This document shows positions 1 to 10,344 of a stretch of DNA of 64,000 bases, in pieces. Position 1 is the first letter of the stretch. Every line of letters begins with the position of its first letter. The stretch is from assembly GCA_963838945.1 (NCBI GenBank), contig CAWITC010000001.1, forward strand, positions 42,074-106,073, given 5' to 3'. Both the position numbers and the translations under genes were made by a program. A model generated the notes under the pieces. That model made no database searches and was not told where the DNA came from. It saw only the letters and a list, made by a program, of their open reading frames with translations. Source of the DNA: an uncultured Acidobacteriota bacterium. Lineage in GTDB: Bacteria; Acidobacteriota; Terriglobia; Acidiferrales; UBA7541.

Positions 1-1
1 C

Positions 2-157
2 CCAAATGACATCCGGGTGACGAAGAGCCTTGGAATGGGTCTGGACGAAAAGGCCATCGAGGCGGTCCGAACCTGGCAATTCAAGCCGGCCATCGGGCCA
101 AACGGCAAGCCCGTGAAGACGTGGACCTCCGTTCAAGTGCAGTTTCAACTTTTCTAA
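2..157 (+). CDS. TonB family protein, C-terminal fragment (5' end outside window)
   Basis: Frame open from window edge to TAA at 155-157. Tail ...LGMGLDEKAIEAVRTWQFKPAIGPNGKPVKTWTSVQVQFQLF resembles the TonB C-terminal domain. Confidence 0.6.
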   Translation, partial: PNDIRVTKSLGMGLDEKAIEAVRTWQFKPAIGPNGKPVKTWTSVQVQFQLF

Positions 158-238
158 GGAATCCCTTTTCGCAAGAAGTATTCAATTATCGAAACATGGC
201 AGAAGGTCCTTCTACCACGTCTAAGTCCATCTGTTAGC

Positions 239-1132
239 ATGAGCAACATGAACCGCCGGCAGCAGTCTCCTCCCGCACTTTTCAAATTGTTTGGGCTGGT
301 TGGTGGCCTCTTGCTTATCGCGATGCCCGTGCTTGTGAGAAGCGCGAGCGCGCGGGCGCAGCAGGCCGGCTCCATTGAATTCGTTGCACAAGTCTCGCCG
401 ACGGGAGGCCACGCGGAACCCGTGCGCGGCTTTACTTTCTACCTGCTGCGAAAAAGTTTTCAAGACATCCGGCGCGAGGCGGAAGCGCTTGAGCCGGCGC
501 CAAATATGGAAGAATTTATCGGCGGCCTGACTGTTTCCGACGCATTGAAGGCCTGGATGAAAAAAAACAAGAGAGTCGATCTCTCGGGAACAGATTTCCC
601 AAAAGTTGTGAAGCCTGAGGACGTGCTCGGAATACCGGAGTTCAAAGCAGGTTACTTGGACCAGAACAAGGGAGACCGAAGCGTGGGCCTGCCAAAGCCG
701 AGATTCCGAGAGGCCGATAAAGATAAGAATCCCCAGAAGTATCAGAAAGAAGTAGACGAGTACCTCGAGGCTCTCAAGAAATTTATTGCCGCCAACCCCG
801 ATACGCTTTCCACGCTTGAGCCGGCGCTGGAAAAGATCAATCCGGGCCCCCGCTGGAACAAATTAGTGACCGACCGGACGGCGCGAGTGCACCGGCGCTG
901 GCTCGAACTCGCGGAGTTTCAGTACAAAGCGGCGCAATGTGACACGGACCTTGAGGGGCACGGAAGATTTGTGGGATTGCCCGCGGGCGACTACTGGATT
1001 TCGACAATTGAAACGCAAGCCTCGTCGGGAGACACCCGCGTGCGCTGGGATATTCCGGTTCGCGTTGTCGCGGGGCGCGCGTCGTCGGTTGAACTTTCCA
1101 ATCTCAACGGAATCGAGCCACGAACTCCATAA
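239..1132 (+). CDS. hypothetical secreted protein
   Basis: 297-aa ORF with N-terminal hydrophobic signal-like segment (LFGLVGGLLLIAMPVLVRSASARAQQ). No family recognised. Confidence 0.6.
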   Translation: MSNMNRRQQSPPALFKLFGLVGGLLLIAMPVLVRSASARAQQAGSIEFVAQVSPTGGHAEPVRGFTFYLLRKSFQDIRREAEALEPAPNMEEFIGGLTVSDALKAWMKKNKRVDLSGTDFPKVVKPEDVLGIPEFKAGYLDQNKGDRSVGLPKPRFREADKDKNPQKYQKEVDEYLEALKKFIAANPDTLSTLEPALEKINPGPRWNKLVTDRTARVHRRWLELAEFQYKAAQCDTDLEGHGRFVGLPAGDYWISTIETQASSGDTRVRWDIPVRVVAGRASSVELSNLNGIEPRTP

Positions 1133-1293
1133 GAAAGCCAAGCTGCGGATTCACCGCAATTCCATTCGTGCGGATTCTTGCCTTTTCTTTCTGACTAGAC
1201 GCAAACTACACTCACACATTGACTCGCTCCCCCCTCTGGGCCGGTTTCAACCGAGAGAAACGGCGATCGGCGAGCCTACTGAAGAGACGCACG

Positions 1294-1938
1294 ATGCAGA
1301 GCCTCGATGTAACCGCAAGAAGCCAGCAGGACCTGATTGCAGAGCTCGCGAATCCTGACGAGCCAAAGCGCCAACTTGCCGCGGGGATGCTATTTGAGAT
1401 GGGGCGCCTGCTAAGCCGCGACACAGTGGAGCGATGGGAGCGCGACCCAGAATTTGCAATCATTTTGTTGCGTGGCTCGGAGCGCACCGACGACACGCTT
1501 CCCGGCGCGCTGCGCACAACGGTGGGCATCGCCGTGACGCCCAGCAGGTTCTCCCGGATCCGCACGGTGAATGGAATGCCGCGCCTGGCTGACGTGCCTC
1601 CGGATCAGGACGCGGCGGAATTCGAGTTGCATTTTTCCTTCCCAGATCCCGGTATGGCGATTCGTCTCGACATCCTGACGACGAAGCAGCCCGGCGGGAA
1701 AGGCGCCATTGCGAAATTCCTTGCGAAATTCGGCGAGGGCATCCAGCAAGTGGAATACGAGGTCTCCGACGTGGATCGAGCGACTCGCATTCTCGCGGAC
1801 CGATTTGGCGTGAAAGCGGTTTATCCAATGACTCGCGCCGGGGCAGACGCTACACGCGTTAATTTCTTCCTGGTTCCCGCCGCCCCAGGAACTAAAGTTC
1901 TCATTGAATTAGTTGAGCATGCGAGCGTGGCGCGCTAA
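1294..1938 (+). CDS. VOC (glyoxalase/bleomycin-resistance fold)-like protein, tentative
   Basis: ORF 1219-1938; first ATG at 1294 (MQSLDV...). The C-terminal half (GAIAKFLAKFGEGIQQVEYEVSDVDRATRILADRFG...LIELVE) resembles VOC/methylmalonyl-CoA-epimerase-like folds. Confidence 0.5.
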   Translation: MQSLDVTARSQQDLIAELANPDEPKRQLAAGMLFEMGRLLSRDTVERWERDPEFAIILLRGSERTDDTLPGALRTTVGIAVTPSRFSRIRTVNGMPRLADVPPDQDAAEFELHFSFPDPGMAIRLDILTTKQPGGKGAIAKFLAKFGEGIQQVEYEVSDVDRATRILADRFGVKAVYPMTRAGADATRVNFFLVPAAPGTKVLIELVEHASVAR

Positions 1939-2645
1939 GTCCGGCCGTAAACGGGGACAGCGGCGCCGTGGATGACTCGAGCATCTTCCGAGCAGAGGAA
2001 GACAATGACCTTGGCGATGTCATCCGTTTTGGGCCAAACGCTGAAGTCCGCTTTAGGCATGGCGCGGCGATTTGCGGGGGTATCCATAATGCTGGGCACG
2101 ACAGAGTTTACGTTGATGTTGTAGGGCTTCACTTCCTCGGCCAGCGAATCGAAGAGCGCAAGAACCCCCGCCTTGGAAGCAGCGTAAAGCGCCGCCCCCG
2201 CGGAGCGGTCATACGCGGCGCGCGAGGCAATGTTGACGATGGCCCCGCGATTTCGCTGAATCATTCCGGGTAAAACGGCGCGAGCCACGACGAACGCGGC
2301 GCGCAGATTCAGATTGAGCATCTGCTCATAAGTCGCCAGGTCTGTCTCCCACAATTGCTTCCCACCGGCGTAGCCGCCAATGGTGATAACGAGGGCGTCG
2401 ACGGGACCAACTTGGGATTCGGTATTGACGATGAACTTCGCGGCCGCGGCTTCGTCGGTAGCATCGAGCGTCACTCCGCTGAGTTTCGGATTCTTTCCTG
2501 TGCTCGCGGCTAGTTCGTCGATTTCTTCCTGGCGGCGGGAAGTGACAACGACGCGCGCCCCTGCCGCGAGAAAAGCCCGAGCGACCGAACCTCCCAGCGC
2601 TCCCGTTCCGCCTGCGACAACGACCGTTCTCGGATTGTCTGACAT
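1935..2645 (-). CDS. SDR family NAD(P)-dependent oxidoreductase
   Basis: Start MSDNPRTVVVAGGTGALGGSVA (TGxxxGxG Rossmann motif) preceded by GGGAGAAA. Catalytic YxxxK present (LYAASKAG). The longer ORF start at 2840 overlaps the neighbouring gene. Confidence 0.85.
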   Translation of the reverse strand: MSDNPRTVVVAGGTGALGGSVARAFLAAGARVVVTSRRQEEIDELAASTGKNPKLSGVTLDATDEAAAAKFIVNTESQVGPVDALVITIGGYAGGKQLWETDLATYEQMLNLNLRAAFVVARAVLPGMIQRNRGAIVNIASRAAYDRSAGAALYAASKAGVLALFDSLAEEVKPYNINVNSVVPSIMDTPANRRAMPKADFSVWPKTDDIAKVIVFLCSEDARVIHGAAVPVYGRT

Positions 2646-2661
2646 TAATTTCTCCCTTTCG

Positions 2662-5334
2662 TCATTCACCATTCTGTTCGAGTAACTTGGCGACAAGCGC
2701 TGTCCAGCCGGTCTGATGAGATGCACCCAACCCCGCGCCCGTGTCTCCATTGAAATATTCGTGGAAGAGCAGGAGGTCGCGCCAGTTCGGGTCCGTCGCG
2801 AAGGATTGCTGCGCGGCCAACGCCGGCCGAACACCGCCATTCCCGCGAAGGAACAAACGTGACAGACGGTGGGAGAGCTCCGCAGCCACTTCCCACAATG
2901 TCATTTGCCGCCCCGAACCCGCCGGACATTCCACACGAAGCGAATCACCGTAGTAAAAGTGAAATCTCTGCAAAGCCTCAACGAGCAAGAAGTTCAAGGG
3001 GAACCAAACGGGGCCGCGCCAATTTGAATTTCCGCCAAACGTGTAGGTGCGTGACTCCGCCGGCTCATAGCCCACTCGATATTCCTGACCGTCAAAACTC
3101 GTCACAAATGGCTGGTCGCGGTGGAATCTGGAGACTGAGCGCACTCCATAGGGCGAGAGGAATTCATTCTCATTCAACATGTATGCGAGCAAGCGCGGCA
3201 GCCGATCCTTTGTGACTAGCGAGAGAAGCCGGTGAACCCCGTGCGGAGTGGTCATGGAGGCGTCAAGGTTGGGACGGAATTCAGGCCGGTTCGCAATGAA
3301 CCACTGCATGCGCGCGCGGAAGTCAGGCAAACGGTCGAGCATTTCGGGTTCGAGCGTTTCCACAGCGAAGAGCGGGATCAATCCAACCATGGAACGCACA
3401 CGCAAATAACGATGCGAGCCGTCCGGCAGGCGAAGAACGTCATAGTAGAAACCGTCGCGTTCGTCCCATAGCTCGATCGCTTCCCCGCCCCGGTTGTTCA
3501 TGGCATCAGCGATATAGACAAAGTGCTCGAAGAACTTCGTGGCGACATCTTCATAGGCCGGATTCTCCTGGGCAAGCTCAAGCGCAATGGCCAGCATGGT
3601 CAGACAATACATCCCCATCCAGCTTGTGCCGTCGGATTGTTCCAGGCGGCCCCCGGTCGGGAGAGGTTGGGAATAGTCAAAGATGCCGATGTTATCGAGA
3701 CCGAGGAACCCGCCCTCGAAAATGTTCATACCCGATGGATCCTTCCGATTCACCCACCAGGTGAAATTCAGAAGGAGCTTGTGAAAGACACGCTCGAGGA
3801 ATTTCCGGTCGGCCCTGCCATGCATGCGCCGCTCAATCTTGTAAATGCGCCATGCGGCCCACGCGTGGACCGGAGGGTTGACATCGCCGAACTCCCATTC
3901 ATAGGCCGGAAGCTGGCCATTCGGGTGCATATACCATTCGCGAAGAAGAAGGATGAGTTGCGACTTTGCAAATTCCGGGTCCAAGAGAGCCATGGGAACG
4001 ACGTGGAAGGCAAGATCCCAAGAGCCATACCATGGAAACTCCCAATTGTCCGGCATGGAAAGAACATCTTCATTGTTGAGGTGCTTCCACTCGTGATTGC
4101 GACCGAGCAAGCGAGAGGAAGGAGGTTCCGGCCCGGCCGGGTCGCCATCGAGCCACATGCGCACGTCATAGTAATAAAACTGTTTTGACCAGAGCAGGCC
4201 GGCGCAAGACTGGCGGAAAACATTTCGAGCGTCAGGACTCAAAGTCTTGGGAATGCGAGCCGCAAAGAACTCATCCGCCTCGGCCTTGCGCGCCGAAAAA
4301 ACGGCCTCAAAATCTTTTTCTCGAAGTTGTGTGCCGGCGCTTTGAGCGGCGCCCGGCGTGTTGATCAGCCGCAGATGAATTGAAGTGGCCGCGCCCGGCT
4401 CCAGATCCATGCGATAAAGCGCCGCCGCTTTTGTGCCGACGTTTGCCGGATTCACCGCTCCACGATTGCCCCGGATAATGCATTCTCCAATTCCGTCTTT
4501 CACATAGGGTGTGCGATTGGTTCCGGCAAACAATCGCGCAGAATTTGCTTCATTCTCCGTGAAGAGGAATTCTGGGGCGCTCTCCGCAAATAGCCACGAC
4601 TTGCCGTATGTTTTCTCGTCGAGCTCCACTATGGTTTCCGTTCGAGCTGATCCTGATGACGATGGAAAAAGTGACACACGCGGCCGCGCTGCCTCGCGCC
4701 CCCACGACCAGGTATTGCGAAACCAAATCGTAGGCACCAGCCAAAGCGGAGCCCGTTCGGGCCCGCGATTCCAGGCAGTCAAACGGATGAGAATGTCGTC
4801 CGGCGCGGCCTTCGCGTATTCGATGAAAACATCGAAGTAGCGATTCTCGCCGAAGACTCCGGTGTCATAGAGTTCAAATTCGGGAGCGTCCTTCCCTCTT
4901 CTGTTCTTGTTCTCCTCCAAGAGCCTTGAGTACGGATATGCCGCCTGTGGATACTTGTAAAGGAACTTCATGTAAGAGTGGGTCGGAGTCGAATCCAAGT
5001 AAAAGTAATACTCCTTCACATCCTCGCCGTGATTGCCTTCGTTGTTTGTCAGGCCGAAGAGGCGCTCCTTCAGAAAGGGGTCGTGTCCGTTCCAGAGAGC
5101 AAGCGCGAAGCAAATGCGCTGGTGAATGTCGCAGATTCCGCCGATGCCGTCTTCACCCCAACGGTAAGCGCGCGAGCGGGCATGGTCGTGCGGAAAAAAT
5201 TCCCAGGGTTTCCCATCGGGACTGTAGTCCTCGCGTACGGTGCCCCACTGGCGTTCACTCAAGTAGGGTCCCCAGCGCTTCCAGTGCGCCTTTTGCAATC
5301 GAGACTCTTCCAGCCTTTGTTCTTCCGCGTTCAT
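2662..5334 (-). CDS. GH63-like / MGH1-like glycoside hydrolase (glucosidase)
   Basis: About 890 aa. The N-terminus [38 protein letters not shown] is typical of bacterial GH63-like glucosidases. Its ATG at 5334 overlaps the upstream stop (ATGA). Confidence 0.75.
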   Translation of the reverse strand: MNAEEQRLEESRLQKAHWKRWGPYLSERQWGTVREDYSPDGKPWEFFPHDHARSRAYRWGEDGIGGICDIHQRICFALALWNGHDPFLKERLFGLTNNEGNHGEDVKEYYFYLDSTPTHSYMKFLYKYPQAAYPYSRLLEENKNRRGKDAPEFELYDTGVFGENRYFDVFIEYAKAAPDDILIRLTAWNRGPERAPLWLVPTIWFRNTWSWGREAARPRVSLFPSSSGSARTETIVELDEKTYGKSWLFAESAPEFLFTENEANSARLFAGTNRTPYVKDGIGECIIRGNRGAVNPANVGTKAAALYRMDLEPGAATSIHLRLINTPGAAQSAGTQLREKDFEAVFSARKAEADEFFAARIPKTLSPDARNVFRQSCAGLLWSKQFYYYDVRMWLDGDPAGPEPPSSRLLGRNHEWKHLNNEDVLSMPDNWEFPWYGSWDLAFHVVPMALLDPEFAKSQLILLLREWYMHPNGQLPAYEWEFGDVNPPVHAWAAWRIYKIERRMHGRADRKFLERVFHKLLLNFTWWVNRKDPSGMNIFEGGFLGLDNIGIFDYSQPLPTGGRLEQSDGTSWMGMYCLTMLAIALELAQENPAYEDVATKFFEHFVYIADAMNNRGGEAIELWDERDGFYYDVLRLPDGSHRYLRVRSMVGLIPLFAVETLEPEMLDRLPDFRARMQWFIANRPEFRPNLDASMTTPHGVHRLLSLVTKDRLPRLLAYMLNENEFLSPYGVRSVSRFHRDQPFVTSFDGQEYRVGYEPAESRTYTFGGNSNWRGPVWFPLNFLLVEALQRFHFYYGDSLRVECPAGSGRQMTLWEVAAELSHRLSRLFLRGNGGVRPALAAQQSFATDPNWRDLLLFHEYFNGDTGAGLGASHQTGWTALVAKLLEQNGE

Positions 5335-6134
5335 GCGTGTGGAGTTCCTGTGGGTCCGTGCGATGTTTCGGTGCGCGCGGCCTTTGAGTACTGCCATGCC
5401 TTGGCGTACTTCCAACTCACGTAAGAAGCATGGGTCATGTGTACAAGCAGGCCTTCGCGGCCATCCAGAAACCCGCCCCGGAGAATATAGTTATAGAAGA
5501 AGCGGAAGGCGGGACGGAGTACGATATTCGTTACGCTGAATCCGACGCGCCGCTCTTTGACAACCATTTGAGCGCCAAGCGAGGAATAACGATTCGCGTG
5601 GTCGATGAAGTCTTCAAATTGCGGGTAGGCGTGGTGGATCAGGTCTCCCTCGAGCCGTCCCGTGTTCCCCGCAAGCTTCATGTCTTCGTGAACATCGCGC
5701 AGCTCAAATCTCGCCAAAGCGCGCTTGACGAGGCGCAGCTTACGATCGGGATAGTAGCCACCATGTTTGATCCATCGGCCCAGATAAAGATTCCGGCGCG
5801 GCATGTAGAATCCATCAAACCCGGGCTCGGGTTGGCCAGCATTCCGCAAACCCTGAATGCTGGCCGCGAGCTCGGGGCTGACCTCTTCATCCGCATCGAG
5901 GGACAAAATCCAATCGCAGGCGGCCTTGGCAATTGCAGAATTCTTCTGAGCCGCGAATCCTTTCCAGTCCTCGTCATAAACCCTTGCGCCCAGGGATTTC
6001 GCGCGGGCCACGGTCTGATCGGTGCTATGCGAATCCACGACGATAATTTCGTCCGCAATGCCCTTCAGGCTTTCCAGAGTGCGCGAGATGTTCGCCTCTT
6101 CGTTGAAGGTAACGATGCAGACCGAGATGCGCAT
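5331..6134 (-). CDS. glycosyltransferase family 2
   Basis: [23 protein letters not shown]...[10 protein letters not shown] and DxD (LSLDADEE). ATGA coupling to the downstream glucosidase. Confidence 0.85.
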   Translation of the reverse strand: MRISVCIVTFNEEANISRTLESLKGIADEIIVVDSHSTDQTVARAKSLGARVYDEDWKGFAAQKNSAIAKAACDWILSLDADEEVSPELAASIQGLRNAGQPEPGFDGFYMPRRNLYLGRWIKHGGYYPDRKLRLVKRALARFELRDVHEDMKLAGNTGRLEGDLIHHAYPQFEDFIDHANRYSSLGAQMVVKERRVGFSVTNIVLRPAFRFFYNYILRGGFLDGREGLLVHMTHASYVSWKYAKAWQYSKAARTETSHGPTGTPHA

Positions 6135-6240
6135 CAGGTACGGTCTCCTGAATGGGCCGGAAGGCGGTCAGCCGGTAATCGGCGATTTAAGAACCCTATA
6201 GGAATACCCCTTCGTTGCCATTTGCAGCAAGTCGGCGACG

Positions 6241-6256
6241 TGGCATTTGGATTGCG
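6241..6256 (+). promoter_or_regulatory. sigma-54 (-24/-12) promoter candidate
   Basis: TGGCAT-ttgga-TTGCG has the exact GG-N10-GC spacing of the TGGCAC-N5-TTGC consensus. It lies about 80 nt upstream of the methyltransferase start. Confidence 0.55.
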
Positions 6257-6336
6257 ACGAAGGCCACATCGTTTGACAGGGTAAGATGAGCTTCCTATGA
6301 TGCGATTCCGCTCGATTTTGGCGGGCGCGAGGTCCC

Positions 6337-6969
6337 GTGAAGGCTTATAGCAAGATGCTTCGCCAAACGCCATTCTATGGCGAACTAAAGGCATTAGGCC
6401 ACTACCCCGATTATTGGTATTGGAAGCTTCGCGGAGAACCACCGCGCATCCCACACCTGGTCAAGCAAAGAACTGTCCGTGAGTACGCGGAGAAATTTGG
6501 ACTCAGAACACTCGTCGAAACGGGGACCTATTACGGAGAGATGGTCTCCGCGATGAGATCGCGGTTTGATCGAATCTATTCTATCGAACAGGACGCCAAC
6601 CTTGCCGAAGCTGCCAAAGGAAGATTTGCCCGCGAGTCCCGAATTCAGATTCTGCAAGGAGACAGCAAGGACCTCGTTCTTGAAATCCTAAAAACGCTGA
6701 GGCAGCCGGCCCTTTTCTGGCTTGACGCCGGTTACTACGGCTGGGCCGGGCGGCAAGGCGATCAAAGCAGGCTAAGCGCGGAATTGGAAGCGATTCTGCG
6801 GCATCCCGTAAAAGATCACGTGATTCTGATGGACGACGCCGATGGCTTGAATGGCAAGAATGGAGCACCGACGATCGCCGAGGTCACGCAACGCATTGAA
6901 ATGGACTTCCCCCGCCATACTGTGACCGTTGCCAACAACATCCTGCGCATTACAACTGACGAAGAATGA
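6337..6969 (+). CDS. class I SAM-dependent methyltransferase-like protein
   Basis: VETGTYYGEMVSAM (glycine-rich SAM loop), ...IYSIEQD..., LDAGYYG. GTG start at 6337 follows GAGG; an alternative ATG lies at 6355. Confidence 0.6.
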   Translation: MKAYSKMLRQTPFYGELKALGHYPDYWYWKLRGEPPRIPHLVKQRTVREYAEKFGLRTLVETGTYYGEMVSAMRSRFDRIYSIEQDANLAEAAKGRFARESRIQILQGDSKDLVLEILKTLRQPALFWLDAGYYGWAGRQGDQSRLSAELEAILRHPVKDHVILMDDADGLNGKNGAPTIAEVTQRIEMDFPRHTVTVANNILRITTDEE

Positions 6970-7511
6970 CCGCTACACGAGGATGGAAGGCAGATGGCCG
7001 AACTAGGCGCGTGTTCGCCGTTTTGGGAACAGCGATTTTTCTATTGCTTGCCCCCGGATTCTTCGTCGGACTTGTGCCGTGGTGGATTTCCCGGTGGCGC
7101 TTCCACGCACTGTTCTTGGGCTTCGCACCATTTCGAGTAGTCGGCGCCCTGCTCATAGTCGCAGGCGTTCCCATGCTTCTTGAATCATTCGGACGTTTCG
7201 CGCTGCAAGGGATAGGCACGCCTGCGCCCGTCTTTGCAACGCAACACCTTGTGGTCAAGGGATTCTACCGCTACGTCCGAAATCCAATGTACGTCGCAGT
7301 CGTATCGTTGATCCTGGGTCATGCCCTGCTTCTGGGTGATATCCGTATCCTCGCGTATGCAATTCTTAGCTGGCTGGTGACGCACTTGTTTGTCCTCACG
7401 TACGAGGAACCGACATTGCGGAAATCTTTTGGAGCTGAGTACGAAACCTTTTGCGCTCATGTTCCAGGGTGGATACCTCGCGTCACTCCGTGGCGCAAGG
7501 GCGCAGAATAA
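6966..7511 (+). CDS. isoprenylcysteine carboxyl methyltransferase (ICMT/PEMT) family membrane methyltransferase
   Basis: Multi-TM protein with GFYRYVRNPMYVAVVSLILG motif. ATGA overlap with the upstream gene. Confidence 0.75.
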   Translation: MTATRGWKADGRTRRVFAVLGTAIFLLLAPGFFVGLVPWWISRWRFHALFLGFAPFRVVGALLIVAGVPMLLESFGRFALQGIGTPAPVFATQHLVVKGFYRYVRNPMYVAVVSLILGHALLLGDIRILAYAILSWLVTHLFVLTYEEPTLRKSFGAEYETFCAHVPGWIPRVTPWRKGAE

Positions 7512-7584
7512 GGTGAAGGCTCGCTTCTCCCAATCAGCTTCTGATTCCTCATTTTCATTGGAATAGTTGCAGACTTTTGAAATT

Positions 7585-7659
7585 TGGCTGGGAGGCCTGG
7601 ACTCGAACCAGGATAGTCAGCTCCAGAGGCTGATGTACTGCCAATTGTACGACCTCCCA
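7585..7659 (-). tRNA. tRNA-Gln (anticodon CUG), CCA encoded
   Basis: Reverse complement TGGGAGG-TC-GTAC-AATTGGCA-GTAC-A-TCAGC-CTCTGGA-GCTGA-CTAT-CCTGG-TTCGAGT-CCAGG-CCTCCCA-G-CCA folds into a canonical cloverleaf. The anticodon loop is CT-CTG-GA. Confidence 0.9.
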
Positions 7660-7754
7660 GCCGAGGGAGGCGGAAACAAACCGCCCGAACCACTGGCCGG
7701 GAAAGGCTTCCTTGCCAGCGGACATTTCTACTTTATTCAGTAACTGCGAATCCG

Positions 7755-8942
7755 TCAACTACGCCCAGCAGGACGGGCTGCGGGAATCAAACGGCCTTTG
7801 CGAATGGTGAAACGCGAACCACGCCACTCGATGGTGTTGGTCAAAAAACTGGCAAGCCAAATGGGGAATGCGAAAAGGTCGCGCAACGGCAGCAGCCAGA
7901 ACCAGCGCCGAACGACCGGATCCTGTAAGCCCCAGACGCCGACCGTCCAAGCCGTGGCAAACCGGAGGACCAGATAGGCGGCCAGGTAAGCGAGAGCTAG
8001 CGACCGAGTGGGAGCGACTGCGATAGCGGCGATGGTAAACGCCAAACCCTGCGTAAAAAAGAGGCCCGCGTGGCCGCCGGGCCGGATGTTTCGCAGACCT
8101 ATGGCCCAGCGCAATTCGTGGCGCAGGTATTCGCCAAATGTCTGAGGGTTGAAAATCATCCAGACAGGGTTGCGAGCAATTTCAACGCGATAGCCGCGCG
8201 AAGCGATCCGATTGCCAAACTCGAAATCGTCAGAATGACAGTCCGCAATCCCTTCAAACCCGCCGATCTCTTCGAGCCTGGCGCGCGTGGTAGCCATCGT
8301 CGAGCCGAGAGCGAAATTCGTTCCTTCCAGCACATGGGCGACCAGCATGCCGGCGGCGAATTCGACTGATGCACCCAAGCACTCGAGATAGGAGCCAAGC
8401 TTGCCTTCCACGTTTCCGCGATACAGTGCGGTGACGACTCCAACTTTCGGGTCACGGAATGGCTCGACAACCATCCGAAGATAATCGGGCTCGACGCGAA
8501 CATCGCTGTCACTGATCACGAATAGGTTGGAGCGGGCCTCGCGAACCAGCCGGACAAGCTTACAAACTTTGGCGCTCGGACCCAGGTTCTCCACGCCAAT
8601 GAGAAGCCGGATCTTGCATTCGGGAAAATCGGAAATCACCTTACGGATGACCGGAACCGAGGGGTCTGACTCATCCTGTACGGCGAAAAGGATTTCGTAA
8701 TCGGGATAGTCGAGCCGGCAGAAGCTCGCGAAATTCTCATACGCCTCACGGTCGAGACCCCGAACTGGTTTCAGAATACTCACGGGCGGGGCGAAGTCGT
8801 TCGCCAATGGTTTCTTGCGGCGCTGGGCGGCAAAGAATTTTCGGGCAGCATAAATGCAAACGACGTAGTAGCAGAACGGCAAGATTGCAAGAACCAGCAC
8901 TACCCATCGCAAACCGAGCAAAAATGTGTGAGGAGAGGTCAT
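7755..8942 (-). CDS. GT2/GT21-like membrane glycosyltransferase (ceramide-glucosyltransferase / HpnI-like)
   Basis: N-terminal TM, PVSILKPVRGLDREAYENFASFCRLDYPDYEILFAV, DxD (ISDSDV), (Q/R)xxRW-like ELRWAIG, and C-terminal TM helices. Confidence 0.75.
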   Translation of the reverse strand: MTSPHTFLLGLRWVVLVLAILPFCYYVVCIYAARKFFAAQRRKKPLANDFAPPVSILKPVRGLDREAYENFASFCRLDYPDYEILFAVQDESDPSVPVIRKVISDFPECKIRLLIGVENLGPSAKVCKLVRLVREARSNLFVISDSDVRVEPDYLRMVVEPFRDPKVGVVTALYRGNVEGKLGSYLECLGASVEFAAGMLVAHVLEGTNFALGSTMATTRARLEEIGGFEGIADCHSDDFEFGNRIASRGYRVEIARNPVWMIFNPQTFGEYLRHELRWAIGLRNIRPGGHAGLFFTQGLAFTIAAIAVAPTRSLALAYLAAYLVLRFATAWTVGVWGLQDPVVRRWFWLLPLRDLFAFPIWLASFLTNTIEWRGSRFTIRKGRLIPAARPAGRS

Positions 8943-9006
8943 GCCGAACCCATCGCCCTCGCGACCAGGAGAATGTATGTCTTTTGCCGAAAGCTCATGC
9001 TGAAAT

Positions 9007-10311
9007 TTATTTCAGGATACTGGAAACCTGGCCGGTCGCCTGGAGCAGAGCAAGCGAGGCTTGCTGACGTTGCAAATCGGCATCAAGGAAAGCCAGCCAC
9101 TTATCGTTCTCCTCGAGGTGGGCCCGCTCCAGATCCTGAAGGGTCGCACGGCCCTCGTCGAATTGCGCTTGCAAGACTTGCAGGTTTTCCTGCGCTAGCT
9201 TGAGATCAAGGCGCGCGACGTCGCGGCCCAGTTCCAGCTCCCGTACCATGTGGGCCTGGCTTCGCACCTGCAATTCCACCTGGCTCCGTTTGTTCCTTGC
9301 TTCGACCGCAGCCACATTGGCGTCCGCCTGGGCAAGTGAAATGGTGGCATTCGTCTGCGCGGCAAAAATCGGAATGGTCACCTGCACACCGATGTTCACA
9401 TTGTTGCGCTGAAATTTTTTGAAGAAAGTGGAGAAATTGTTTGTGTTGCTCAAAACGCTGTAATTGCCTACGAGGTCGACGGTCGGCCATCGATTGCCCC
9501 GCGCGCCCTTCAGGATCTCTTCCTTTGCAAGCCGCTCGGCCTCCGCGCGCCTCAGTTCGGCGCTGGATTGCAGCGCCTGCGCCACGAGCTCATTCACGGG
9601 CCGCTCGGCTGCGGGTGGCAAATCCTCGGCGATCATTTCCAATGGCTGATCGGACTGCAGCCCGAGCATATCCCGAAGTTCTGACTCCAGGGCATCCTCG
9701 CGTCCTTCGTCATGCGCGATTCGCTGTTCGATTCTGGCCGCGCTGAGTTCAGATTTGGTTTGTTCGATGGGGAGTTCGCGACCCGCGCTAATGCGGTCGC
9801 GAATCAACTCCGTAATTTTCTGGGCGTGGTCCCGCTCCTTGCGGAGCAAATCGAGCGAATGACGGATGTTTGAAAGCTCGAGGTAAACATCGGCTGTCCG
9901 CACCATCACGGCGTCGCGGACGGAGTCCAGGCTGGCATTCTGTTCTCGCGCGCGCAGTTCATCCGCGCGAAGCTGTCCTTTTGCCAGCGGATTGTAAATC
10001 GCCTGGGTGTAAACCAGTTGAAATAAGGAGGGAACTCCTCCACCGGGCGCCAATGGAAAGCCGCTCGAATACTCAGCCCCGGAGCCTGTGAAAAAGTTCG
10101 GCTGAAATCGCGACCGGTCTACGCCAGCTGTTTGGCCGGCGAGCGAAGCATGCAGCCTCGCCAGCTCGAGGTCGCGGCTATTGCGAAGCGCCAACTCCAC
10201 GGCGCGCTTCAGCGTCAATTGCGCGGCGGGAAGAGGTTGCTGCCCGGCCGTAGCCTGAACCAAAAACAGCAGAGTTACAACGAACGCCACACAACGTGGA
10301 AAGATGCGCAT
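9007..10311 (-). CDS. TolC family outer-membrane efflux protein
   Basis: Signal peptide MRIFPRCVAFVVTLLFLVQATAGQ and two OEP-type coiled repeats (LKRAVELALRNSRDLE..., LQQASLALLQATG). Last gene of the efflux operon. Confidence 0.8.
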   Translation of the reverse strand: MRIFPRCVAFVVTLLFLVQATAGQQPLPAAQLTLKRAVELALRNSRDLELARLHASLAGQTAGVDRSRFQPNFFTGSGAEYSSGFPLAPGGGVPSLFQLVYTQAIYNPLAKGQLRADELRAREQNASLDSVRDAVMVRTADVYLELSNIRHSLDLLRKERDHAQKITELIRDRISAGRELPIEQTKSELSAARIEQRIAHDEGREDALESELRDMLGLQSDQPLEMIAEDLPPAAERPVNELVAQALQSSAELRRAEAERLAKEEILKGARGNRWPTVDLVGNYSVLSNTNNFSTFFKKFQRNNVNIGVQVTIPIFAAQTNATISLAQADANVAAVEARNKRSQVELQVRSQAHMVRELELGRDVARLDLKLAQENLQVLQAQFDEGRATLQDLERAHLEENDKWLAFLDADLQRQQASLALLQATGQVSSILK

Positions 10312-10344
10312 GGAGCTACCCCCTCTGGGATTCTCAGCGACCCA

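Noticed and set aside
1935-1938. Convergent genes sharing overlapping stop codons (CTAA at 1935-1938, and again CTAG at 20225-20228)
   Set aside because: This is real but is a common consequence of compact genomes. No regulatory meaning can be inferred.
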